Origin: an uncultured Verrucomicrobiae bacterium
Lineage (GTDB): Bacteria > Verrucomicrobiota > Verrucomicrobiia > Limisphaerales > Palsa-1400
Assembly: GCA_963707025.1 (NCBI GenBank)
Contig: CAVPOM010000017.1
Coordinates: 128,001 to 192,000, forward strand
Reading direction: 5' to 3'
Length of the DNA stretch: 64,000 nt
This document shows positions 34,270-44,800 of the stretch, piece by piece; within the stretch, counting starts at the first letter, position 1; each line of letters starts with the position of its first letter. The notes below the pieces were generated by a model. It was not told the origin of the DNA. It saw only the letters and a list, made by a program, of their open reading frames with translations, and did no database searches. The position numbers and the translations under genes are program-made.

Positions 34270-35937
34270 ATGATAAAATTCATTCGATGCACTTTGACTC
34301 TGGCCGCGGCTTGGCTGGCACAGTATCAGTCAACATTAAACGCCCAATTTTTCCCCGGGCGGGGGGCGCGTCAAAACCTCGTCCTGACTATCCATGCCGA
34401 CGGCCGTTGCGAGGTCGGGAGCCTGTCCGTCATCAGCCGCCCGATGGCCGAGCAGCAGGTGCGGATGATGGAGATGCAGAAAAAGATGGAAGAGGCTGCG
34501 GAGAACGGCGATATGGCGCGCATGACCAACGCCCAGGCGGAGGCAAAAACCAACGCCTTGACAGACGAGCAGTTGAAAGAAAAATACCTGGCAACGATGG
34601 AAGAGGAGTTTTCCGCGATGGGAGAGCAAGACGAGGCGGACAAGCCCAATGTCACCGTGGACAAAGATACTGTTACCGTCACGAAAAAGGCGTCCTTTGC
34701 CTCCATCCAGGAAATGTTGCAAAGCCGCTCCGGGTTTCAGGCCGCGGCCAGCCTCCTCTATTTTGAAAACATGCGCTTTGAACAGGACACCAACGGCCAT
34801 CTCCTGGTCACGCTCACCCCTTCCACGGCCATGAAGCGCGGACTTAAAAACATGCGGTCGGAATGGAAAATGGAAGGTGTGAATGCCGAATTGAAATTCG
34901 TCTTCCCCGGCAAAGTCCTCTTCAGCGGCTTTCCCGAAACCCAGACCAACGCCACCTGGATTGCGGTGGATTCCCAAAAGGATGAAACCCTGGACGCGCT
35001 GGCCAAACTTTACGACGGCCCCATCGTCATCACTGCCGAACCCGCCGGCCTGACGCTAAAGGAACCGCTCGATTTGAAGAAGCTGCGGCCCCGCGAGGGG
35101 CGGACCGGCGGAGTGGGAGACGACCTGCCCATCACGGAGGGCGGCGCCGGCTTTGTCGCCCAAGCCGAGGGCATTATGACGACCACGCTCCATGTCTTTC
35201 CGGGCGGCGAGCATTATTTCAAAGAATTTACTCTGCCTTTCGGGGGACAGGGCGGCACAATGGTCCACGCCAAGTTGTTTGCGCCCAAGGGCCGCACCCT
35301 CCAATCGGTGACCGAGGTGAAGCTGCTCACCGCCACTGATGACAAAGGACGCGCCGTCGCCGCCGGCAAAAATGACGAGGGGGAGGAAATGAATGCGTTC
35401 GCTTTTGTCCAATCCGGCATGGAGGAGGGTCAGGAGAACAACGGCGCGGAAATGCAGCTTCGCCTGGAGTTGCCGCAGGCGGATGCGCAGGCCATTGATG
35501 AGGTCACCGCCGAAGTGGTGGCCGTGACCGCCGGCAGTTGGAAGGAAATGACGCTGACCAACATCACCGAAACGTCCACCAACGAATTTGGCCTCGGCGC
35601 ATTGCTGCCGGGCGCCAAACTGGTCATCAGCAAGTTCTCCAACAAGAACAACATGCTCACCATGAAAGTGCAAATCAAAGGACCGGCCACCGTGAAAAAC
35701 TTGAAGGTCCAGGCCAAAGTCCCCGGCTCGGAGCAAGGGCGGGGTTACAGCAATTCCTCGGAGATGAACGTCAGCTCCAAGGGCGGGGAAACCACGCACA
35801 CCCTCCAGATCAACGCCTCGATCTTTAACCAGAACGGCGCCAAGGTGTCCGGCCCGTTCCAACTGCTCCTGCGCTACCCGCAGGATTTGAAGCGCGAGCG
35901 GGTGAATTTCAAACTCAAGGGCCTGGACCTGCTGTAA
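34270..35937 (+). CDS. Exported protein of unknown function, probable distant paralog of the upstream lipoprotein
   Basis: RBS aggaaagga; LTIHADGR, FVFPGKV, ATDDKG parallel LTINADGS, ITLPNPV, AVDAKG. Confidence 0.75.
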   Translation: MIKFIRCTLTLAAAWLAQYQSTLNAQFFPGRGARQNLVLTIHADGRCEVGSLSVISRPMAEQQVRMMEMQKKMEEAAENGDMARMTNAQAEAKTNALTDEQLKEKYLATMEEEFSAMGEQDEADKPNVTVDKDTVTVTKKASFASIQEMLQSRSGFQAAASLLYFENMRFEQDTNGHLLVTLTPSTAMKRGLKNMRSEWKMEGVNAELKFVFPGKVLFSGFPETQTNATWIAVDSQKDETLDALAKLYDGPIVITAEPAGLTLKEPLDLKKLRPREGRTGGVGDDLPITEGGAGFVAQAEGIMTTTLHVFPGGEHYFKEFTLPFGGQGGTMVHAKLFAPKGRTLQSVTEVKLLTATDDKGRAVAAGKNDEGEEMNAFAFVQSGMEEGQENNGAEMQLRLELPQADAQAIDEVTAEVVAVTAGSWKEMTLTNITETSTNEFGLGALLPGAKLVISKFSNKNNMLTMKVQIKGPATVKNLKVQAKVPGSEQGRGYSNSSEMNVSSKGGETTHTLQINASIFNQNGAKVSGPFQLLLRYPQDLKRERVNFKLKGLDLL

Positions 35938-35985
35938 GCCCGGATCGCCGTTGAACTTTCAGGCCGCCCCCGCTACCCTGGCTCT

Positions 35986-36522
35986 GTGACTGCTTTTTTG
36001 CGATACTTCGGTGTTCTCAATGCCGCCCTGTGGCTGGGCGCGGCCGTTTTCCTCATCATCGGTTTGCCCGCCCTTTTTTCCGATGAACTTAAAAACTACC
36101 TCGTGCCGCCCAAGGGGCCAACCATCACCGGCTTGGCCGCGCAGATGGTTCTCGCCCGCTTTTTCATCCTGCAATATTGCTGCGGCGCCGTCGGCCTGGC
36201 GCATCTGGCGCTGGAATGGCTCTACTGCGGCAAGCCGCCCCGGCGACGGGACCTGTCCCTTCTGGCGCTCCTGATCGGGCTGTCCCTGGCCGGCGGCTTA
36301 TGGATGCAGCCCAAACTCAAGGATTTGCAGCACCAGATGTATTACGGCGCCACCCAGCAGGCGCAAGACCAGGCCAGGCTCGCCTTTAAGGCTTGGCATG
36401 GGGCCGCCGAATGTGGCAATCTGGTGACGATTGGCGGGCTGCTGATTTATCTCTGGCGTGTCAGCCGCCCGGCCGGTCAGGCCCGCTTTGGAAACCTGAA
36501 CCTGGACAAAATGCGCAGTTGA
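35986..36522 (+). CDS. DUF4149 family membrane protein
   Basis: Four TM helices, ALWLGAAVF, FKAWHGAA. Confidence 0.75.
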   Translation: MTAFLRYFGVLNAALWLGAAVFLIIGLPALFSDELKNYLVPPKGPTITGLAAQMVLARFFILQYCCGAVGLAHLALEWLYCGKPPRRRDLSLLALLIGLSLAGGLWMQPKLKDLQHQMYYGATQQAQDQARLAFKAWHGAAECGNLVTIGGLLIYLWRVSRPAGQARFGNLNLDKMRS

Positions 36523-36670
36523 CATATTGCCGTTGAAATTGAATAAATACAGTGTAACGTGAAGATGTGGTCAATTAACGGCAATGAGCACCGTTAACTG
36601 ACATGTGAGCGCGTCGCTTGCGGGCGCAGAAGAGACACAGACAGACAGTGACAATGAAACATAAACAGAT

Positions 36671-36967
36671 ATGATTTCAAACGAACGCCCATCTCCTCAG
36701 GGATACCGGTCCTACAGCGCCGGTCCTCCCCGTCCCCCGGTCAACGAGGACACCTTAAAAACGGAAAAGATCCAGATCGAGCGCAAGACCTTCATCTTTA
36801 CGCTGAAGGAAAATCCGCGCGGCCGGTTCCTGCGCATCACCGAAAACGTCAATGGCCGCCGCAACAACGTCATCATCCCCTCCACAGGCTTGGACGAGTT
36901 CAGCAAAGTCCTGAATGAGATGGTGAGAGCCGCGGCGGAAATTCCCGTCAAGGATCAGCAGCCGTAG
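36671..36967 (+). CDS. PUR-domain single-stranded RNA/DNA-binding protein
   Basis: ERKTFIFTLKENPRGRFLRITE..RRNNVIIP PUR repeat. Confidence 0.88.
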   Translation: MISNERPSPQGYRSYSAGPPRPPVNEDTLKTEKIQIERKTFIFTLKENPRGRFLRITENVNGRRNNVIIPSTGLDEFSKVLNEMVRAAAEIPVKDQQP

Positions 36968-37028
36968 TCCGGGCCGCCCGCCGGGGCAAGCCAGCCCGCC
37001 GCGGGGCGGGGGCCGCCAGCGGGATTTG

Positions 37029-37484
37029 TCAAGTAGAAATATGGGGCGGGGAAGCCGGCTTCCCCTTGCTTTTCCCCCTTGCTTTGCCCCGCGCCGCGGT
37101 CCTGGCCCGGGCCTTCCCCTTCGCCGCGCGCTTTTTCGCCCGCCTGGGCTCCAGCTTGCCCGCGTCGCCCCACAGCCCTTCCAGGTCGTACTTTTCCCGC
37201 ACATCCGTCCGCATGACATGCACAATCACGTCGAAGTAATCCATCACCTGCCACGGCGCATTGGCCGCCCCGTCCACGGCGCGCGGCGACAGGCCGTGCT
37301 CCTCCCGCAGCCGGTCTGTGATCTCGTTGACGATGGCCCGCAAGTGCGGTTCGGCCGCCCCCGAGGTGATGACGAAAAAATCCGTGATGGAAGAAAGATT
37401 CCGAACGTCAAGGACGACCGTGTTTTCGGCCTTCTTATTTTCGGCCAGCTCGCGGCACAGCAGCGCCAGTTTCTTGGATTCCAT
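37029..37484 (-). CDS. rsfS: Ribosome silencing factor
   Basis: NKKAENTVVLDV, TDFFVI, WQVMDYFDVIVHVM..REKYDLEGLW; follows nadD. Confidence 0.95.
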   Translation of the reverse strand: MESKKLALLCRELAENKKAENTVVLDVRNLSSITDFFVITSGAAEPHLRAIVNEITDRLREEHGLSPRAVDGAANAPWQVMDYFDVIVHVMRTDVREKYDLEGLWGDAGKLEPRRAKKRAAKGKARARTAARGKARGKSKGKPASPPHIST

Positions 37485-37513
37485 TTTTCGTCCTTACCCT
37501 AACCCCGCCGCGC

Positions 37514-38087
37514 TCAAAGATAAAGCCGATTGTTGGCAATGGCCTCCGCCACCGCGGCCGGCATCAGCCAGGCGACCGGCAGCCCCGCCTTGACCCGCGC
37601 CCGGATCTCGGAGGAGGACACCGCCAGGGCAAACCCGCGCAAGGTCCGTCCGCGAAACGGCGGGGGAACCCCCGCCGGCCCTTCCCCCGGACGGGGCGCG
37701 ACCACAAATTGCGCCAGGCGCGCCAGTTCCCCGGCTTGGCGCCAGCGCGGCAACTGCGCCGTCTGGTCCGCGCCGATCAGATAAAAAAGCTCCGCGCCGG
37801 GGAATTTTTCCGCGTAATGCCGGAGCGTGTCCACGGTGTAGGAGATGCCGCCGCGCCGGATTTCCAGATCGTCAACTTCGGTCCCCGTTTCCCCGGCCAG
37901 CGCCAGCCGCAAGCAGCGCAGGCGTTCCGGCGCGGGCGCGGGGGCCGCTCCCGGTTTGAAGGGCGATTGCGCCGCCGGAATAAAACAGAACCTTGTCCAG
38001 CCCGAGTTCCTCCCGCGCCGCCCGTGCCACCAGCAGATGCCCCAGATGCACCGGGTCAAACGACCCGCCTAACAAACCAATTCTCAT
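37514..38087 (-). CDS. nadD: Nicotinate-nucleotide adenylyltransferase (apparent 1-nt insertion ~37985)
   Basis: [17 protein letters not shown] in one frame; [28 protein letters not shown] in the other. Confidence 0.93.
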
Positions 38088-38095
38088 ACACGGGT

Positions 38096-39862
38096 TTACA
38101 GCCGGGCCACGAGCAGTTCGCGCTGGTAGGCCAGTTCCTTGGGAAGGTCGGAGTGGAGCTTGAAGGAAAGATCGTCGCTGGCCAGTGATTCCCGACGCCA
38201 TTCTTCCACATTGATCTCCTGCGCTTTGGCCAGTTTGGCCGCATCGAAATGGTCCATGCCGCGCAGGTCAAAGTCGCGCGGGCCGGGGACCCACCCCAGC
38301 GCGGCCTCGCGGGCGTCGGCCCGGCCGTGGCAACGGTCCACAATCCATTTGAGCACGCGCATGTTCTCCCCAAATCCGGGCCAGAGGAACTTCCCGTTTT
38401 CATCGCGTCGAAACCAGTTGACGTGAAAAATGCGGGGCGGCGCCAAAAGCTGTTTGCGCATCTTCAGCCAGTGGCGGAAATAATGGCCCATGTGGTAGCC
38501 GCAAAAGGGCAGCATGGCCATGGGATCGCGGCGCACCTGGCCGACCGCCCCGGTGGCGGCGGCGGTGGTTTCGGAACTCAAGGTGGCGCCAATGAAGACG
38601 CCGTGAATCCAGTTGAAGGCCTGATAGACCAGCGGCATGGTGGTGGTGCGGCGGCAGCCGAAGATAATCGCGCTGATGGGCACGCCGTTGGGATCATCGG
38701 CCTCGGCGGCAAAGGCGGGATTGTTGGTCATGGGCGCGGCAAAACGGCTGTTGGGGTTGGCCGCCGGGGTTTTGCATTCCGGCGTCCACGGCTGTCCCTT
38801 CCAATCGGTTAATCGCGGCGGCGGCACCTTGGTCTTGCCTTCCCACCAGACATCCAAGTCGGGCGTCAAAGCCACGTTGGTGTAAATCGTGTCGTGGGAA
38901 ATGGTGGCCATGGCGTTGGGGTTGGTCTGCGCATTGGTGCCGGGGGCGACGCCGAAATAGCCGTTTTCGGGATTGATGGCGTAGAGGCGGCCGTCCGGGC
39001 CGGGTTTCATCCAGGCGATGTCGTCGCCGATGGTTTGAATTTTCCACCCGGCCATATGCGGCGGGGGGACGAGCATGGCGAAGTTGGTCTTGCCGCAGGC
39101 GCTGGGAAAGGCGCCCGCCACGTAGGTTTTTTCCCCGTCGGGCGACTGGGCGCTGAGGATGAGCATGTGCTCGGCCAGCCAGCCCTCCTTTTGGGCCAGG
39201 AACGAGCCGATGCGCAAGGCGAGACATTTCTTGCCCAGCAAGACGTTGCCGCCGTAATTGGAGGCGGTGGAGATGATGGCGTTGTCGCGCGGAAAATGGG
39301 CGATGTAGCGGTGCTTGGGATCCAGGTCCAGCATGCAATGCAGGCCGCGGTTGAAATCTTCCCCCGCCCCCAAATGTTCATAAGCCACCTGCCCCATGCG
39401 CGTGACGATGCGCATGCTCAACACCACATAAATGGAGTCCGTCAACTCGATGCCGACCTTGCTCAGCGGCGAGCCGGGCGGTCCCATCAGGTAGGGAACC
39501 ACGTAGAGCGTGCGGCCGCGCATGGCGCCGCCGCAGAGGGTTTTGAGTTGGCGGTACATCTCCGCCGGCGCCATCCAATTATTGGTCGGTCCCGCCTCGT
39601 CGGCCGTTTCCGTGCAGATAAAGGTGCGGTCCTCGCTGCGCGAAACGTCGGACGGATCGGACCGGTGGTAATGGCAGCCGGGCAGCTTTTGCGGGTTGAG
39701 CTGGATTAATACCCCTTGCGCCACGGCTTCCTCAGTCAACGCTTTTTTCTCACTGGCCGAGCCGTTGCACCAGAAAATGTGGTCCGGCTGGCAAAGTTTG
39801 GCCGTTTCCTCCACCCATCGCAGGACGCAGGGATTGGCGGTGTTTGGTTTTGATGATTTCAT
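38096..39862 (-). CDS. pckG: Phosphoenolpyruvate carboxykinase (GTP)
   Basis: [57 protein letters not shown]. Confidence 0.97.
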   Translation of the reverse strand: MKSSKPNTANPCVLRWVEETAKLCQPDHIFWCNGSASEKKALTEEAVAQGVLIQLNPQKLPGCHYHRSDPSDVSRSEDRTFICTETADEAGPTNNWMAPAEMYRQLKTLCGGAMRGRTLYVVPYLMGPPGSPLSKVGIELTDSIYVVLSMRIVTRMGQVAYEHLGAGEDFNRGLHCMLDLDPKHRYIAHFPRDNAIISTASNYGGNVLLGKKCLALRIGSFLAQKEGWLAEHMLILSAQSPDGEKTYVAGAFPSACGKTNFAMLVPPPHMAGWKIQTIGDDIAWMKPGPDGRLYAINPENGYFGVAPGTNAQTNPNAMATISHDTIYTNVALTPDLDVWWEGKTKVPPPRLTDWKGQPWTPECKTPAANPNSRFAAPMTNNPAFAAEADDPNGVPISAIIFGCRRTTTMPLVYQAFNWIHGVFIGATLSSETTAAATGAVGQVRRDPMAMLPFCGYHMGHYFRHWLKMRKQLLAPPRIFHVNWFRRDENGKFLWPGFGENMRVLKWIVDRCHGRADAREAALGWVPGPRDFDLRGMDHFDAAKLAKAQEINVEEWRRESLASDDLSFKLHSDLPKELAYQRELLVARL

Positions 39863-39884
39863 GAAATGGGAAGGGAAGCGGGTT

Positions 39885-40595
39885 CTACGCGGTGGAGTTG
39901 GTGGGCGGGAACCCGCCTTGGCGGGGCCGCGGCGCGGCCGGCGCGGCGGGCCGGGCCGGGCCGGGCCGGGCGGCGGCCTGCAAGGCGCGCTGCACCAGCG
40001 CCTGCTCCTTTGGGCCCAGCGGCAGGGCCAGCGCGCGGGCTTGTGCGGCGGGCGTCATCTTCTGCCAGGTCTTTTGCACGGCGTTGATCATCTTGTCCTC
40101 CTCCATCCTGCCTGCCAGCGCGGCAAATTGGAACTCCAAAAAAACCAGGCAGAGCGCGTCCTCCAAAACGCGGCTTTCCGGATCGCGCGGAAAATTCTTT
40201 TTCAGGTTCAGGTCCCGCACTTTTTGGATGAGGTCTTCCCCGCAGCCGGCCTGGCGCAGGATTTTGGCGGCGGTTTGGGCGTGGAATTCTTTTAATTCAT
40301 TGCGCCAGCGCAGGTAGCCGGGGCGCGTCATGGGTTGGGATTGCCGGGGAATCATCCAGCGGCAAATATGCTGGCAGCGGGCGGCCAGGCGCAGCGTTTC
40401 CGAGGCGCCCGGGGCCAGTTTGAGCACCCACTCGCTCAGCCGCTCCGCGTAGAGCAATTCGCGCGGGCGCGCCAGGCCTTGGACCACTTCCACGTTGGGA
40501 TCGCGCGCGTTTTCCGCGTCGAATTTCTCCAGGGCCAGCGCGAAGGAGGCATTGCCGGAATCCATGGCGCGGTCGGATTTTGGGTTACCCGTCAC
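39885..40595 (-). CDS. DUF4202 domain protein
   Basis: DAENARDP, LAARCQHICRW, GYLRWR, LEDALCLVFLE, KTWQKMT. Confidence 0.88.
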   Translation of the reverse strand: MTGNPKSDRAMDSGNASFALALEKFDAENARDPNVEVVQGLARPRELLYAERLSEWVLKLAPGASETLRLAARCQHICRWMIPRQSQPMTRPGYLRWRNELKEFHAQTAAKILRQAGCGEDLIQKVRDLNLKKNFPRDPESRVLEDALCLVFLEFQFAALAGRMEEDKMINAVQKTWQKMTPAAQARALALPLGPKEQALVQRALQAAARPGPARPAAPAAPRPRQGGFPPTNSTA

Positions 40596-41979
40596 GGGGG
40601 CCTTCCCCCGCTTTGGCGGCGGGTTGCAGCACGACTTGCAAGCCCTCGCGGGCGGCGTCCACTTGCAATTTTTCGTGCAGGGCGGCCACGAAGGCGCGGC
40701 CCCATCCGGTCATGCGGGTGATTTTTTCGTCGTTGTGGGAGGGATCGTGATGGAACAGGAAAAGGCGCTTGACCTCGGCCTGCGCGGCCAGCGCGACGGC
40801 GTCGTCCACGCACCCGTGGCCCCAGCCGACGCGGCTCTGGTATTCGGTCAGATCGTATTGGGAGTCCAGGATCAGCACTTCGGCCCCCCGGATAAAGTCG
40901 GCCAGCCGCCCGTCCATGCGCTGGGCGTAGTGGAGGAATTCGGCCGAGCCGGCGATTTCCGGCTGGCTGGTATGGAATTTGTAGCGCTGGAAAGGCTCGT
41001 TGTCGGGCAGGTAGGCGATGGCCCCGCTGCTGGTGTTGAGGCGGTAACCGGCGCAGACGCCGGGATGGTTCAGAAACATGGCTTTGACCTCGACGCGCCC
41101 GATGAAAAAGGCCGAGTCCTTCATTTCCTCGATGGTGATGTGCCCGGGCAGTTGCTGAAAGCCGACCGGGAAGTAGGGGCTTTCCATCTGGCTGGAAAGG
41201 GCGGTGTGCAGGCCGGCCTGGGTGCCTTCGTAGCCCAGGATGCGCACCCGGTTGGCGGGATTGTAGGCGGCGTCAAAAAAGGGCAGTCCCTGAATGTGGT
41301 CCCAATGGGTGTGGCTGATGAGCAGGGTCATGGACAGGGGCACCCCCTTGAATTCGGCCGCCAGGCTCAGGCCCAGCCCGCGGATGCCGGTGCCGGCGTC
41401 CAGAATAATCAATTGACCGTCGGCGCGCACTTCCACGCAGGAGGTGTTGCCGCCATAATGGACGGTGGACGGCCCAGGGGTGGGCAGGGAGCCGCGCACG
41501 CCCCAGAAACGGACGGTCGCCGGCCCGGGGGGGATGGCTCCGGGGCCGGGAAGGGCGGACGGGCCGGGGCCTTTTTCGGCGCGCGGCGGGGGGGAGGCCA
41601 GGGTGGTGTTGCCGCCGCCGCGGAAGACTTCCAGGAGGCGGTCCAGGTCCTGCTCTAAAATAGGTTTGACGAGATATTCGTCGGCCCCGGCCTCGACCGC
41701 GCCCTGGCGGTCCACGCGGTAACCGCCGCTGGTGGTCAGGACGAAGCGGGCGCGGGAATGCGGCCCCGGCTGGGCGCGCAGAAAACGGCAGAGTTGGAAA
41801 CCGTTGCAGCGGGGGGCCAGTTGATCGCACAGGATCAGGTCGGGTTTGTGGGTCAGGGCCAGGTCGCGCCCGGTTTCGCCATCGCCGGCTTCGATCACCG
41901 CCAGCCCGGCCTGACGCAGCCAGCGGGCGAGCGATTCACGAACCACCCGATCCTCATCTATTAGCAAGGCGGTCTTCAT
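40585..41979 (-). CDS. Receiver domain + MBL-fold metallo-hydrolase, paralog 1
   Basis: N-terminal REC; FWGVRGSLPTP, YGGNTSC, SHTHWDHIQG, GWGH, LFHHDP. Confidence 0.9.
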   Translation of the reverse strand: MKTALLIDEDRVVRESLARWLRQAGLAVIEAGDGETGRDLALTHKPDLILCDQLAPRCNGFQLCRFLRAQPGPHSRARFVLTTSGGYRVDRQGAVEAGADEYLVKPILEQDLDRLLEVFRGGGNTTLASPPPRAEKGPGPSALPGPGAIPPGPATVRFWGVRGSLPTPGPSTVHYGGNTSCVEVRADGQLIILDAGTGIRGLGLSLAAEFKGVPLSMTLLISHTHWDHIQGLPFFDAAYNPANRVRILGYEGTQAGLHTALSSQMESPYFPVGFQQLPGHITIEEMKDSAFFIGRVEVKAMFLNHPGVCAGYRLNTSSGAIAYLPDNEPFQRYKFHTSQPEIAGSAEFLHYAQRMDGRLADFIRGAEVLILDSQYDLTEYQSRVGWGHGCVDDAVALAAQAEVKRLFLFHHDPSHNDEKITRMTGWGRAFVAALHEKLQVDAAREGLQVVLQPAAKAGEGPRDG

Positions 41980-42063
41980 GAGCGGGGCGCGGGCGCTTCC
42001 CAGCCTGCGGCTTTGACGGGGATGGGTTGCGCGCGCCAAGGTTGGACGCTTTGGGCGGATTTA

Positions 42064-43386
42064 TCAAAGGTTTTCGCGGACGGGATGGAGGACTAATTCA
42101 AAGCCTTCGCGGGCCGCTTCCACCAGGAGGGGGGAATGGCCCCGGGCGGCCATTTGCCGCGCGCGCGCCACCATGCGGGAAATCTCCTCGTCGTGGTGGT
42201 CCGGATCATGATGAAACAGGAACAGGCGCTTGACGTTGGCCGCGACGGCAAAGGCCACGCTGTCTTCCGCGCAACTGTGGCCCCAGCCGATGTGTTGCTG
42301 GTATTCCCCGGCGTTGTATTGCGAGTCCAGGATGAGCACTTCGGAGTCGCGGATGAATTCGAGGACCTTGAGATCAGGGTCGCTGGCGCGCTGGCCTTGT
42401 CCGGCATCCGGCTCGGCCGCGCGGGCCTCCAGGCTGCCCCGCAGCCGCTGGCAAAGTTCCACGTCGGGCAGGTAGGAGATGGCGCCCCCCGGAGTGCTGA
42501 GCCGGTAGCCGGTGCAGACGCCGGGATGATTGAGGAACTGGGCGCGCACGGGCACGGCGCCCACTTTGAAGTCAAGCCCCTTGAGTTCCTGGATGCAAAC
42601 GTGGCCGGGCATTTGTTGCATGCTGATGGGGAAGTAGGGGCTTTCCATCTGGCTGGACAGCGTGCTTTGCAATCCCTGGCGCGCGCCCTCAAAACCAGCA
42701 ATGGTGATCTGGTTCCTGGGATCGTAGGCCGGCCTGAAAAAGGGGAATCCCTGGATGTGGTCCCAATGGGTGTGGGTGATGAGCACGCTCAACTGGATGG
42801 GCTGGTCTTTAAACTCGGCCGCCAGCGCCCGGCCCAGCGGCCGGATGCCGCTGCCAGAGTCAAGTATAATTATGTCGCCCCCCGCCCGCACTTCCACGCA
42901 CGCCGTGTTCCCTCCGTAATAGGCCGTCTCCGCCCCGGGCGTGGGAATGGAGCCGCGCACGCCCCAGAACTTGAGCCGGGTGCCGCCCGGCGCCGGCCGG
43001 GGCCGCGCGCCGGCGGCGGGCGGCCCGCCCAAACGCCGGGCCAGGATGGCGGAAAACTTTTCAAAATCCAGGGGGCGCGCCAGGTATTCGTCCGCGCCGG
43101 CTTCCAGCGAATGAAAGCGTTCGGGCGCCCGGCCGTTGCCGGTGGCGATAATAACGCACGGATGGGCCGGGTCCTGGCGCTGGTGGAGATCGCGGCAGAA
43201 TTGGAAGCCGTCGCCGCGGGGTTTGAGCAGATCACACACGACCAGTTGCGGAGGATGTTGCAGGGAAAGTTCCAGGCCCGTCGCGCGGTCCCCGGCTTCC
43301 AGAACGGTCCAGTCCCGTTCCTTCAACCAAGCCGCCACGGCACGACGAAACTCGCCATCCTCGTCTATGACCAGGCCGGTATTCAT
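42064..43386 (-). CDS. Receiver domain + MBL-fold metallo-hydrolase, paralog 2
   Basis: N-terminal REC; FWGVRGSIPTP, THTHWDHIQG, GWGHS, LFHHDP. Confidence 0.9.
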   Translation of the reverse strand: MNTGLVIDEDGEFRRAVAAWLKERDWTVLEAGDRATGLELSLQHPPQLVVCDLLKPRGDGFQFCRDLHQRQDPAHPCVIIATGNGRAPERFHSLEAGADEYLARPLDFEKFSAILARRLGGPPAAGARPRPAPGGTRLKFWGVRGSIPTPGAETAYYGGNTACVEVRAGGDIIILDSGSGIRPLGRALAAEFKDQPIQLSVLITHTHWDHIQGFPFFRPAYDPRNQITIAGFEGARQGLQSTLSSQMESPYFPISMQQMPGHVCIQELKGLDFKVGAVPVRAQFLNHPGVCTGYRLSTPGGAISYLPDVELCQRLRGSLEARAAEPDAGQGQRASDPDLKVLEFIRDSEVLILDSQYNAGEYQQHIGWGHSCAEDSVAFAVAANVKRLFLFHHDPDHHDEEISRMVARARQMAARGHSPLLVEAAREGFELVLHPVRENL

Positions 43387-43679
43387 GATTGCCTCATCAG
43401 ACACTATCCCCGTTTTCTTAAAGAAAACAAGCGCCCGATTCATCCGGTAGGACCTGCTTGTTCAAATAACGGGAAGGAATAGGGAGAGTTGACAGTTCTC
43501 ATCGCCATGGCAACCCCGCCCGCTGCGACAAAAAGCGACGCTGGTTGATTTGGATGTGTTTTGGAGGCAGGCACTTGGAGAGAATCTCCACCCCCGCCAT
43601 CCTCCCGCCTGGACGCGCTTTCTCTCTCCCCCAGCAGTTTCTGCAATTCTCAGGAGGTTGGAAGATAAGAAAGGCTTAA

Positions 43680-43726
43680 AAGTCACGAACCCCGGGCACG
43701 CGCAGGCGTGCCGGGTTCGTGCTTTT
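43680..43726. terminator. Intrinsic terminator downstream of the hsp20 pair
   Basis: CACGAACCCCGGGCACGC-gcag-GCGTGCCGGGTTCGTG hairpin with a T-run on each strand. Confidence 0.65.
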
Positions 43727-43753
43727 TGCTCCCCACTGGCTTGGCGCCGCGTT

Positions 43754-44149
43754 TTACGCGACGGCAATCTTGCGCGGTTTGGCCGCCTCCGCTTTGGGCA
43801 GCGTCAGGGTCAGGATGCCTTGCTCCATCCGGGCGCTGATCTTCTCCGCCTCAATGACAGGGTCCAGTTCGAAGACGCGGCGGAAATCAGCGGCGCTGGA
43901 TTCACGGTAGGACAACCCGGTCTCCGGCAGGGCTGGCGCCGCACGCCGGCCTTGCACGGTCAAAACGGTCCCTTCCACAAGGACGCTTACGCCGTCTTTG
44001 TTGACGCCGGGCAATTCCGCCTCCAGGACGTAACCTTCCTGGGTCTCGTAGATGTTGACCACCGGACGGATGTACTCGCGTTCGGCTGCGACGGCGGCCG
44101 GCTGGGCCGGGGCCGCCTGCTCCGTATTATTGCTGACAATTGTGTTCAT
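43754..44149 (-). CDS. Hsp20/alpha-crystallin small heat-shock protein
   Basis: PVVNIYET, AELPGV, FRRVFEL, GILTLTLPK. Confidence 0.93.
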   Translation of the reverse strand: MNTIVSNNTEQAAPAQPAAVAAEREYIRPVVNIYETQEGYVLEAELPGVNKDGVSVLVEGTVLTVQGRRAAPALPETGLSYRESSAADFRRVFELDPVIEAEKISARMEQGILTLTLPKAEAAKPRKIAVA

Positions 44150-44226
44150 AAGTAAATGTTTCCTTTTTGTTGATTGGGCCGGGACGGGATTTTCCGCCGC
44201 CACCGGCGCGATTCATTGAACCGGGA

Positions 44227-44712
44227 TTAATTGAATTCGATTTTGATTTGTTTCGGCTTGGCCTCTTCCGCCTTCGCCAGTTGAATGGTCAGGACGCCAT
44301 CGCTATAGGCGGCCTTGATCGTCTTGGTGTCCACCTGGCAAGGCAGGCTGATGCTGCGCTGGAAGCGGCCGAACCATCTCTCGGAACGGGACACGCCGCC
44401 TTGCTTCTCATCGCGGCCGCCCTTGCGTTCGCCGGACAGGGTGAGGACGCCATCTTGCAGCGAGATGTCAATGTCCTCCTTTTTCATGCCGGGAAGCTCG
44501 GCCTTGACCGTGACAGCCTCTTTGTTGTCATGGATATCCACCGCCGGGAGCCATCCGCCGGAGAACTGTGTTTCAAGCCTGGCGTCCAAAGGCGAGTCGA
44601 AGACGCTGTCCAACGATTGGAGCAGTTGGCTCAAGTCGTTTGGCAGAGTGTAACCCCGGCCCCACGGAGCCAGGCCATATCCTTCAGGTCGTTGCCATCT
44701 GGTAAGTGTCAT
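44227..44712 (-). CDS. Hsp20/alpha-crystallin small heat-shock protein
   Basis: WLPAVDI, AELPGM, ERWFGRFQRSISLP, YSDGVLTI. Confidence 0.95.
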   Translation of the reverse strand: MTLTRWQRPEGYGLAPWGRGYTLPNDLSQLLQSLDSVFDSPLDARLETQFSGGWLPAVDIHDNKEAVTVKAELPGMKKEDIDISLQDGVLTLSGERKGGRDEKQGGVSRSERWFGRFQRSISLPCQVDTKTIKAAYSDGVLTIQLAKAEEAKPKQIKIEFN

Positions 44713-44784
44713 AAAAATCAATCCTTTCTGTTTCTATCGCTTTCAGTTTCAAACTTAATCATGTTTTCCACTGAGTCCTTATAT

Positions 44785-44800
44785 AGCCAATCCCGTGCCA
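44785..44800 (-). promoter_or_regulatory. Sigma-54 (-24/-12) promoter of the hsp20 operon
   Basis: Minus strand TGGCACGGGATTGGCT (GG-N10-GC); AT-rich tract and candidate activator sites at 44889-44903 and 44933-44947 upstream. Confidence 0.7.
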
